Shown here: positions 1-8,400 of the stretch, one piece after another
Layout of the letters: each line of letters begins with the position of its first letter
Numbering within the stretch: the first letter of the stretch is position 1
From: Saprospiraceae bacterium
Lineage (GTDB): Bacteria; Bacteroidota; Bacteroidia; Chitinophagales; Saprospiraceae
DNA length: 41,026 nucleotides
Direction: 5' to 3'
NCBI GenBank assembly: GCA_049241465.1
Contig: JBMLQR010000315.1
Coordinates: 1-41,026 of the forward strand
Notes under the pieces: model-generated
What the model saw: only the letters and a program-made list of their open reading frames with translations
What the model was told of the DNA's origin: nothing
Database searches by the model: none
Position numbers and translations under genes: made by a program

Positions 1-1138
1 ATTCATTTGAAAAATAACGGGGATGGATTTCTGTTAAAAGATTTCTCAGAGATCCCCCTTTTTTGTTATTCATCACCGACATTATTTCTGCGGTGATACT
101 CAAGGCAATTTCGGCTGGCGTTTCCGCCCCTAATTCTAAACCTACGGGACCGTAAAGGATGTTTTTCTGTTTCTCATTGAGGAATATATTCTCTGCTTTT
201 AGATCAGTAATCATATTATCCAGTTTCTTTTTGGGGCCTAATGCGCCAATGTAGGGTATATTTTTGCCCAATAATGCTTTTAAAATGGCATAATCGTAAT
301 TGTAATTATGGGTCATAAGCACAAAAACTGTTTTATCGTCTATGGGTATTTGTTGTAATACTTGCTCAGGTTTACTAACTATAATCTGGCAGGCGCTTGA
401 GAACCGCTCAATCTTTGCGTAAGTATGACGTCCATCAACAATAGTGACCTCCCAGCCAAGGGTTTCTGCGATAGATTGGAGTGGAATAGCATCATTTCCC
501 GCACCTACAATAACTAATGAGATTGGGGGAGAGATAAATGAAAGAAAAGCATTAAACGTATGATCATTTTGTTGATAGCTTTTAAATGAGCTCTTTTTTA
601 CCGTCAATGTTTCTTTGATATCCTGCATCAGCGGCTCAGGAACAAACTGAAAAGTTGAATTATTGTGAAATTCGCCAGAATCCTCAAGTAACATAGACGT
701 TCCGACGGTGTCACCTTTCTTAATTTGAGAAGCATATAAAGTGACTAATACCGTATTTTGTCTTTTATGAATGGCTTTTTTTAGTAATTCGATAGGATTT
801 AATGGGTTGTGTTCATCGATAGGTTCAAAAAGTACCTGGATAATTCCTGAACAACCCAGTTGAATGCCTATAGTGGCATCTTCCTCGTCACTTGTATCAT
901 AAACTACCAATTTAGGTGTTTGTGTATGTATGCAAAATACCGCTTTTCTTAAGGCATCACCTTCTAAACATCCTCCACTAATGGCGCCGGTAAGTTGTCC
1001 CTCCTCATCGACAATCATCCTGGCGCCTGGTCTTCTATACGACGAACCATTTAAGTGGACTAAAGTAGCCAAAGCCAACCTTTTTTCGTTTTTTTTGGCT
1101 TTATTGTAAGCATTTATGATTTCTCTTATTTCCTTCAT
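1..1138 (-). CDS. XdhC/CoxI-family molybdoenzyme maturation accessory protein. The 3' end runs off the left edge, and it is absent from the supplied ORF track.
   Basis: Hand translation of the reverse strand from the ATG (complement of 1136-1138) gives MKEIREIINAYNKAKKNEKRLALATLVHLNGSSYRRPGARMIVDEEGQLTGAISGGCLEGDA..., then LVIVGAGNDAIPLQSIAETLGWEVTIVDGR..., then GPVGLELGAETPAEIALSITAEIM. These are the XdhC_CoxI N-domain and XdhC Rossmann-like C-domain signatures. The frame stays open down to base 2, giving about 379 codons, so only the extreme C-terminus and stop are missing. Confidence 0.8.
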   Translation of the reverse strand, partial: MKEIREIINAYNKAKKNEKRLALATLVHLNGSSYRRPGARMIVDEEGQLTGAISGGCLEGDALRKAVFCIHTQTPKLVVYDTSDEEDATIGIQLGCSGIIQVLFEPIDEHNPLNPIELLKKAIHKRQNTVLVTLYASQIKKGDTVGTSMLLEDSGEFHNNSTFQFVPEPLMQDIKETLTVKKSSFKSYQQNDHTFNAFLSFISPPISLVIVGAGNDAIPLQSIAETLGWEVTIVDGRHTYAKIERFSSACQIIVSKPEQVLQQIPIDDKTVFVLMTHNYNYDYAILKALLGKNIPYIGALGPKKKLDNMITDLKAENIFLNEKQKNILYGPVGLELGAETPAEIALSITAEIMSVMNNKKGGSLRNLLTEIHPRYFSNE

Positions 1139-1190
1139 ACTTATTTATTAACGCTAATTTCTTACTTTTACTTTAAATGCATCCTTTTTT

Positions 1191-2543
1191 ATGACGAATA
1201 ATGCGCTAGTTCAAAATATTTTAACCATTGAGAAGGAATTAAAATGGTTTGAAATGTTTTTAGAGGCTCGTATAGCTCAATTTTTCAATAATGAATTAGA
1301 AGATCCATATCAAATTCATATCGCACCAGATTTATCAGAGGAGGAAAGTATTTATGCTAAATTTGTAAACCGTTACCAACTTAATTTTGGAGAACGACTC
1401 GTTTTATTGTTATGTTTAATTCCGCATATAAAGCCAGAATTGTTGGATTCATTTTTAGTTAAAGATGCTGTTACAGGCAGATTTTATACTATTTTCGGTG
1501 GTGTAGCCGGGCAAAATCATAATGGTTTTTTACCAACCGGAGAAACAGCTGTTTTTTTACTTTCAGGTAATGATCTTTTAGCGAGAACCACTGCCTCTAA
1601 ATTATTTGCTGAAACCCATAAATTTTATATTTTTAATATTTTAAAACTGGATGAATCAAAATTGGGAGAGCCTCGATTAAGTGGTTTACTATCAATTTCT
1701 GAAGAAACGTTGTCTTTGTTAACCTCTGGCAATGACTATGAGCCTCCTTTTAGTTCAAAATTTCCAGCCAGAATATTACATTCTTCCTTGACCTGGGATG
1801 ATTTAGTCTTGGATACCAACGCGTATGATGAAATTGAAACGATTAAAGTCTGGATAAATCAAAAAGATAATCCTGAATGGAATGATGTTAAACATTCTGG
1901 TTGGATGAAAGGCTATAGAGTGCTATTTTATGGACCTCCGGGAACAGGTAAATCTTTGACAGCAACTTTAATGGGAAATGAATGTGGCAAAAATGTTTAT
2001 CGAATTGATTTGTCCCAGATTGTTTCTAAATATATAGGAGAAACGGAAAAAAATCTTTCCTCCTTATTTCAATTGTCAGAAAATAAAAACTGGATTTTAT
2101 TTTTTGATGAAGCAGATGCCCTTTTTGGGAAAAGGACAGAAATGACGGACGCAAAAGATAAATATGCCAATCAGGAAACTTCTTATTTATTGCAAAGAAT
2201 TGAAGATTTTCAAGGTTTAATTATTCTGGCAACTAATTTTAAACCTAATATTGACAGTGCTTTCCTTCGTCGTTTTCAATCTATTGTTTATTTTAAAATA
2301 CCCGGTATTAGCCAACGGGAAAAACTTTGGGAGAAAGCATTGTCCCGATTGCCTGGCGAAAATCAAGTTGATGTTTTAAAATTGGCTGGTGATTACGAAA
2401 TTGCAGGTGGCTTTATTAATAATGTAGTTCAATTTGCCTGGTTGAATGCAAGAAAAAATAATTCAAAAATAATTACAAATCAAGATGTTCTGCTTGGAAT
2501 AAAAAGAGAATATGCAAAGGAAGGTAAAATTTTTAATGATTAA
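1191..2543 (+). CDS. AAA+ ATPase, CIS-associated (Afp15/Pvc15-like role)
   Basis: 450-aa ORF. It has Walker A GPPGTGKS, Walker B ILFFDEADALF and the downstream ATNFKPNIDSAFLRRF region, forming a single classic AAA module after an N-domain of about 230 aa. Assignment to the CIS rests on context and on composition shared with the AT-rich block. Confidence 0.75.
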   Translation: MTNNALVQNILTIEKELKWFEMFLEARIAQFFNNELEDPYQIHIAPDLSEEESIYAKFVNRYQLNFGERLVLLLCLIPHIKPELLDSFLVKDAVTGRFYTIFGGVAGQNHNGFLPTGETAVFLLSGNDLLARTTASKLFAETHKFYIFNILKLDESKLGEPRLSGLLSISEETLSLLTSGNDYEPPFSSKFPARILHSSLTWDDLVLDTNAYDEIETIKVWINQKDNPEWNDVKHSGWMKGYRVLFYGPPGTGKSLTATLMGNECGKNVYRIDLSQIVSKYIGETEKNLSSLFQLSENKNWILFFDEADALFGKRTEMTDAKDKYANQETSYLLQRIEDFQGLIILATNFKPNIDSAFLRRFQSIVYFKIPGISQREKLWEKALSRLPGENQVDVLKLAGDYEIAGGFINNVVQFAWLNARKNNSKIITNQDVLLGIKREYAKEGKIFND

Positions 2544-2661
2544 TTAAATTTTCAGCAACTCCGAAATTTAGTAAAAAAAGGTGATTAATAGATTTCTTTG
2601 TTTTTTGGAAAAGATTGGTTAATTTTAAAAAAATTTCAAAACAAATAAAAAATCAATAAAA

Positions 2662-5487
2662 ATGTTTAGGAATTTAAGGGTTTTTATGTTCATTTTATTT
2701 GGAATATGCTCTATTCCAAATATTTGTATCGCGCAGGATGTTCAAACTATTATAAATTCAGCTACACAAGATTTTGAATCTGGTCAATTTGGAGAAGCTA
2801 AACAACAAGTTTTTCAATGTTTTTCAGGAAGAAAATTTGATAATATAAAATTAACAAATGATGCTTACCGTTTGCTTTCCCTTATTTCAATTGCCGAAGA
2901 TTCAATTTTCCTCGCCAGAAAATATATAAAAAGAATTATTCAATCTAATCCAGATTATAAAGGTCCTGTTCAAAATTTCATTTTTGATCAATTATTACAG
3001 CAAATATTATCAGAAAATCAAGCGATTACAGTTAGTGCAGTATCAAAAAAAGCGGAAGATATACGAGTAGCGCCCGCAAGTGTTCTAATTTTAAATAGAA
3101 ATGATATAGTTGAAAGAGGTTATGTTGATTTGATAGACGTACTTTCTAATCTTCCTGGATTTGATATTTCAAAATATTATGGGGTAAATTATGCTAATGT
3201 TTATCAATTGGGTTTTCGACAAGAAAATACGGAGCGAACTTTATTGATGATAAATGGCATTGAAGAAAATGATAACTGGTCAAATATTGCATATATGGCC
3301 CGGCAGTACCCACTTTCCAATATTAAAGCAATAGAAATACTATACGGACCTTCTTCAACAATGTATGGTCCGCGTGCATTTGTAGGTACGATAAATATTA
3401 TAACTTATGACACGGGTGAATTAATTCCTTTTCCGGAAAAATCAACAGATGTTAAAGTAGCACCAAAAATAAATCCATTTTATTTAAATGGAACTGTTTT
3501 AGGTGGTAGCTATGGCACCCGGGATGCTGATTTTACGATTGGGTTTAAAAAGGATGCAACCATAAATACTACCTTTACTTTCAAATCATTTCAAAGTGAT
3601 CATCGATATGATTCAAATATTGAGGCCTTTGATTATGATCCCAGCGATATTGATCAGTTAAACTATGATCATTTAAATCTTACCAAGCCAATTACTTTAA
3701 ATAATAATGGAATTATTAATGCTTATACACCAGCTGCATTTGCAGATTTATTTAAATTGGAAAATAATAACCCTTTTTATCAACTTTTTAGAAATCAAAC
3801 GGGTGCTGTAGATAGTATTAAATTAACCCCGGCGGGTATTAATCAAGCAAGATCATTAGATAAAAAGGCATATACAGGACTGGTAAATGGTCAACCTTCG
3901 GGTTATTCAAATAGGATGAAAGATTCCTATATAGGTATAAAAGTTGGATTCCCGAATCTGGTATTGGGAATTCATGCCTGGAAAACATCAGAATCTTTTG
4001 GATTTTTACAGGATATATTCAATACTGGAACTAATAATGGAAGTAATTGGGCGATCTCAAATGCAACCTTTTATTCAATGTTTAATAAATCATATAATCG
4101 TTTTTCATTCTCAAATATTACGTCTTTTACAAATAATAGATTAGATAATTCGTCTGTTAGAGTAACCTATTCTTTACTGGGAAATAAATCACTAGATTTG
4201 AACTTAGGTCATTTTTTATATCCTGATTCCTTAATAGCTACTAGTTCCTTAAATTCTGCCAGACAAGGGTATGGAAATTTATTTTATTACTATGATGCCC
4301 TATTATTTAGGAATGATTTTCGAACGTTTTATCAAAACGAACGCTTAAATGTTATGGGCGGTCTAGAATTTAGATTTAGTCGACAATTTGGAGATTTCAT
4401 GTATTATCTTGATTTTCCAAAAGACGAAAATGGATTGTTTCAAGATGGTGGTTCTTTTGCGCAAGAAAAAGGAACTTTTGCCAATGTTGGTGCTGAAGGG
4501 GCGAATATTTACAGCCTTTTTGATTTAGCCTTTTACTTTTCTGGTACCTATAAAATAATTCCAAAAAAGTTAAATCTTTCTTTTGGAAATAGGATAGATC
4601 ATTCCAGAATTCAAAATAAAGTTAGAAATGGATATGAATTTTCACCCCGACTAGCCTTGGTATTTTTGGGGAAACATATTTCTTCTAAATTGGTGTATTC
4701 ACGTGGCATTCAGAATATTTCACTTTTTACAAAGTTTTCTACCGGTGGTAATAAAAAACCTAATGCGGATTTAACTAATGAAAAAATTGATTATTTAGAT
4801 TTTTCATTAAACGGAGTTCATAAAAACAATAATTTACGTTGGAATTTTATTTTGTTTCATTATTTTGTAAAAGATGCCGTTGCATCTGTTGCTATAAATG
4901 AACCTCCGTTTAGTTTGCAAAATCAAAATTCCGGCGTTTATCAGGTTACGGGTACATTATTTGATTTTAATTATACCTTTGCTAACAAGAAATGGGGTGT
5001 ATTTTTCAACCACACTTTCAATTTACCATTCGAACAAACCAAAGATGCTCTTTCAAAAAACTTAAGGATAGCAGATATAAGTTCCCATAGCGCTAACTTA
5101 GGGTTAACTTATAGACTCAACAATAATAATCATGTTTTTTCAAACCATTTTTATGCCAACTTTGTAGGTGAAAAACCGATTGGATCAGGTACTACAGCAC
5201 CTGTAAATCTTGGATATTTTGGTGAGAATATTCCAGCCTATTTAATATTTAATACGACTTTTAATTATACTAATAGAAGTTTACAAGGAATTAAATTTTC
5301 CTTGATAATAAATAATTTATTGGATATGAATATTTTATATCCAGATCATGATACATATTACCATCCTGGAATCAGAACCGCTATGGGTTCCATGCAGCCG
5401 GATTCTTTAAATGGATTTGTACCCTTTTTTCCCCAAAGAGGCAGGCAGTTATTTGTCAGGATTTTATATAATATTGGGGGAAGTTAA
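2662..5487 (+). CDS. TonB-dependent-receptor-like outer-membrane beta-barrel protein with an N-terminal helical extension
   Basis: 941-aa ORF. It has a signal peptide (FMFILFGICSIPNICIAQ) and a helical/TPR-like stretch of about 100 aa. A plug-like segment follows (ITVSAVSKKAEDIRVAPASVLILNRNDIVERGYVDLIDVLSNLPGFD ... IEILYGPSSTMYGPRAFVGTINIIT). The remaining ~650 aa are Gly/Asn/aromatic-rich alternating beta-strand sequence typical of a large barrel. No SusD-like partner gene is adjacent. Confidence 0.7.
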   Translation: MFRNLRVFMFILFGICSIPNICIAQDVQTIINSATQDFESGQFGEAKQQVFQCFSGRKFDNIKLTNDAYRLLSLISIAEDSIFLARKYIKRIIQSNPDYKGPVQNFIFDQLLQQILSENQAITVSAVSKKAEDIRVAPASVLILNRNDIVERGYVDLIDVLSNLPGFDISKYYGVNYANVYQLGFRQENTERTLLMINGIEENDNWSNIAYMARQYPLSNIKAIEILYGPSSTMYGPRAFVGTINIITYDTGELIPFPEKSTDVKVAPKINPFYLNGTVLGGSYGTRDADFTIGFKKDATINTTFTFKSFQSDHRYDSNIEAFDYDPSDIDQLNYDHLNLTKPITLNNNGIINAYTPAAFADLFKLENNNPFYQLFRNQTGAVDSIKLTPAGINQARSLDKKAYTGLVNGQPSGYSNRMKDSYIGIKVGFPNLVLGIHAWKTSESFGFLQDIFNTGTNNGSNWAISNATFYSMFNKSYNRFSFSNITSFTNNRLDNSSVRVTYSLLGNKSLDLNLGHFLYPDSLIATSSLNSARQGYGNLFYYYDALLFRNDFRTFYQNERLNVMGGLEFRFSRQFGDFMYYLDFPKDENGLFQDGGSFAQEKGTFANVGAEGANIYSLFDLAFYFSGTYKIIPKKLNLSFGNRIDHSRIQNKVRNGYEFSPRLALVFLGKHISSKLVYSRGIQNISLFTKFSTGGNKKPNADLTNEKIDYLDFSLNGVHKNNNLRWNFILFHYFVKDAVASVAINEPPFSLQNQNSGVYQVTGTLFDFNYTFANKKWGVFFNHTFNLPFEQTKDALSKNLRIADISSHSANLGLTYRLNNNNHVFSNHFYANFVGEKPIGSGTTAPVNLGYFGENIPAYLIFNTTFNYTNRSLQGIKFSLIINNLLDMNILYPDHDTYYHPGIRTAMGSMQPDSLNGFVPFFPQRGRQLFVRILYNIGGS

Positions 5488-5488
5488 A

Positions 5489-8400
5489 CTACCGCCATAA
5501 AATCACTAATCGTTCCTTCATCCAACTCATTTGAATCATTTGAATTCCCCATGGAAGAGTTTCAAGTAATAGGTCATAAGCTTTTTTTTCAACTTTCAAT
5601 TCCCAACGATTATTCATATAGTATAAAGACCCATTGCGCTGAAGGAAGGTCTCTCTAAAGGTTCCTATTCGTGTACCCTTTAGCTTTTCCCAATTAGTAA
5701 TGGCCCCTGTTAATAGAGAATTTGATAAATTTATTTCCTCTTCTGTTATTTCTATTTCTAAATCTATTTCTAAATCCATTCCAGCACCACACAATAATTT
5801 GTTCAATGCTAATTCATATTCTGGAGCCTCTTTTTTACCTGTTACCAAATATTGTATCAATAAAATAGCTCTCATCCTACTGCTTTCATCAATAAATTCT
5901 TTAGCACCAACTAAATTTAATCTTCGGAAAAAGCGACCTAAAAACGGCCATAATAATATTAAACCAGCGTTTGCAATATAGATTGATTCTGGAGAAAGCC
6001 CCTCTGGAATTACAGGTGTTTCCTTTTTTATCTTTTTTTCAATATAGGTATCCTTAGCATACTTTTGTAATGATTTAATTACATTAATCTGTTTGGATGA
6101 AACATTTTTTACTTTTTCAACAATGAGTGCTAAGAGAATATTTGGCTGAATTCTTTTCTTTTCTACGTACATTGAATAGAAAAGATAAATAATAGGTATT
6201 GGAGATGGTTGTATTTTTTGACTTTTACTCCACATATATAATATATTTTTTATAAAAGTTTTTTCATCCTTAAAACCTAATTTTTGTCTCAAATTTTCCC
6301 CTGTTACGTGATCTATCAACTTTTCTAAAAAAATTATTTGTTCATATAATTCCTTATTAATTAATGAAATTAATGAGATTGACGTATTTTCAGAAACTAA
6401 TTCAAGTAACCTATTTATTTTATATGGGGTTTTTGACCAAAAATGTAATTTGTACATCAAATTTCTTGGTGCATTAATTTTGAGATTTTCTATAAGAAAA
6501 TGCCATTTTTTAGCATCAAAATAAGGGTGTTCTATCGGAATAGATCCGTAAGTTAAATAATAATCAAGTAAGGAAATTTCTTTATCCCAGGCAGAAAAAG
6601 AGTTTTGCGATTTGATTTTAGGTTTTTCAATATTGTTGATTTCAGTAATAGTATTTCCTAAATCACTCATTAATTGATTATCAATGCTAATATTTTGGTT
6701 TCTTTCAAATAGCAGGAGACTTAATAAACTGTCAAAGAGTATTTCTAATTTTTTTACATTGACATATTTGGTACCTTTTAAAAGATATATTTCTATAATA
6801 TTTTCCAGGTGTATGGAGTTTATATTTTTTATTTTCAAAATTTCTTTGAAAATAAATGCAATCTCTTTAGTTGAAAATATTACCCTAAGGATGTTTTGGT
6901 GAAATGAATAATAGGATAGATTTTCTGTGATATTTAAAAGTAAAATGGGATTTTCAAGAATGCTAGATTTTAAAAATGCTATATATAAAGAAATTTTTTC
7001 TTCTGGAAATCCTTCTGGCCAAAATCCAGATTCCAAATAGTATTGTAGCCAGGTTATTTTAAATGATTGGCCTGATATTTCAGCTTCATCTAATTTTATT
7101 TTGGTGTTATACATTTTATTTATTCCATCTGTTATCATTTCAAATCGAAGTATTGGATTGATTATCGTCCACATTTTATTTTGCATGAAAACAATAAAAA
7201 TGGATCTTTTTATTTCACTTGAAATATTTAAACCTTCTGTTATTTTATACACTGATTGATAAAATGAAAGTATGGACTTTTGTGGAAATATTTTATTAAT
7301 TAAATGTATAATAACCAATGGATCCTTTCTTCCTATCAATGAAAAGATTCTATTTAATACATTATTGGTCATTGGTATAGCTAAAATACCTTTGATTAAA
7401 GATAAATTTTCAGATTTAATTGCTTCATTAAAAATATAATCCAGTTCTTTTATTTCCAAATAAGGATTATCTAACCATCCTTGAATTTTTCCTGTCAATA
7501 AGTAGTGGATTAGAACATCGCTGTAAAATTGATTGTCTCTCCAGGCCTTTGGCAGAGGCATATTATTTTGCTCAGAAATGAAATCAAATATTTCACTTTT
7601 AAAGGCAAAAGGCAAATTATCTATCGTTTTATCGAGTTCTTTTAATTGTAAAATTCTCTCTTTTTGTAGTTTTTCTAAAATAAATTGATAAAAATCTGCT
7701 GTTTTAAATTTGCTTCTCTCATTTAGTAGAATAAAATGTAAAGTGTTTTGTTTGACCCATAAGCCTATTTTGTTTCTTGGTAGTTTAATAATATTATATC
7801 GGCTAAACCATTGTTTTAAGTCGTTTGAGGCATTGATTAATTCAGTGTAAGATTCACCGGCAATGCTCATTTGAAGAAACTGAAGGGCTTCTTCTGGTAA
7901 TCCATTCACTAATAAAAAGGGAATGGCTGGATTAAACTTGCGCTCAAATAACCTCTCTAAAACAAGTTCTCTTTGCACCAGTAAAACTTCTAAAAAAAGG
8001 GTTGTTTTATCAGTGTCTTCATTTCCTATAAATTCGTTAAACAGTGAATTACCTAAAATATCAATTAATTTTTCAATAGATTCTGACGCTTTAAATGTCG
8101 TTTCTACTGTTTCTGCATAAGTTGGATTCTTTTCTAATATTGTCTCATAAACCAATCTTAATGTTTTTGTCAATTTATCAGGTATAACACTGTTTGTTTT
8201 TAATAATGGATAAATAAATGTTTTTATGGGTGTTTTTGATTTATTAGCTAGTTTCGAAATAACTTTTAATAAAAAATGTTCAATTTTATTTATGTCGGAT
8301 TGATTTAATAAAACGATGTTTATTAGGAAAATATAAAAAGCTGGTTGATTTATAAAAGACTTTAACGATGGATAAATGCTAAAAACCTTTTTAATGAATT

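Noticed and set aside
2544-2661. Possible terminator between the ATPase and barrel genes (aaattttcagcaactccgaaattt)
   Set aside because: The stem is only 6-7 A/T pairs with a 10-nt loop and has no T-tract. Co-transcription of the two genes is more likely.
3944-8120. Short ORFs 3944-4144, 5700-5981, 6684-6902 and 7923-8120. The same class includes 11969-12187, 13822-14013, 15787-16014 and 18976-19191.
   Set aside because: All are nested within, or antisense to, long ORFs that have family-level support. Their sequences are low-complexity and typical of AT-rich shadow frames.
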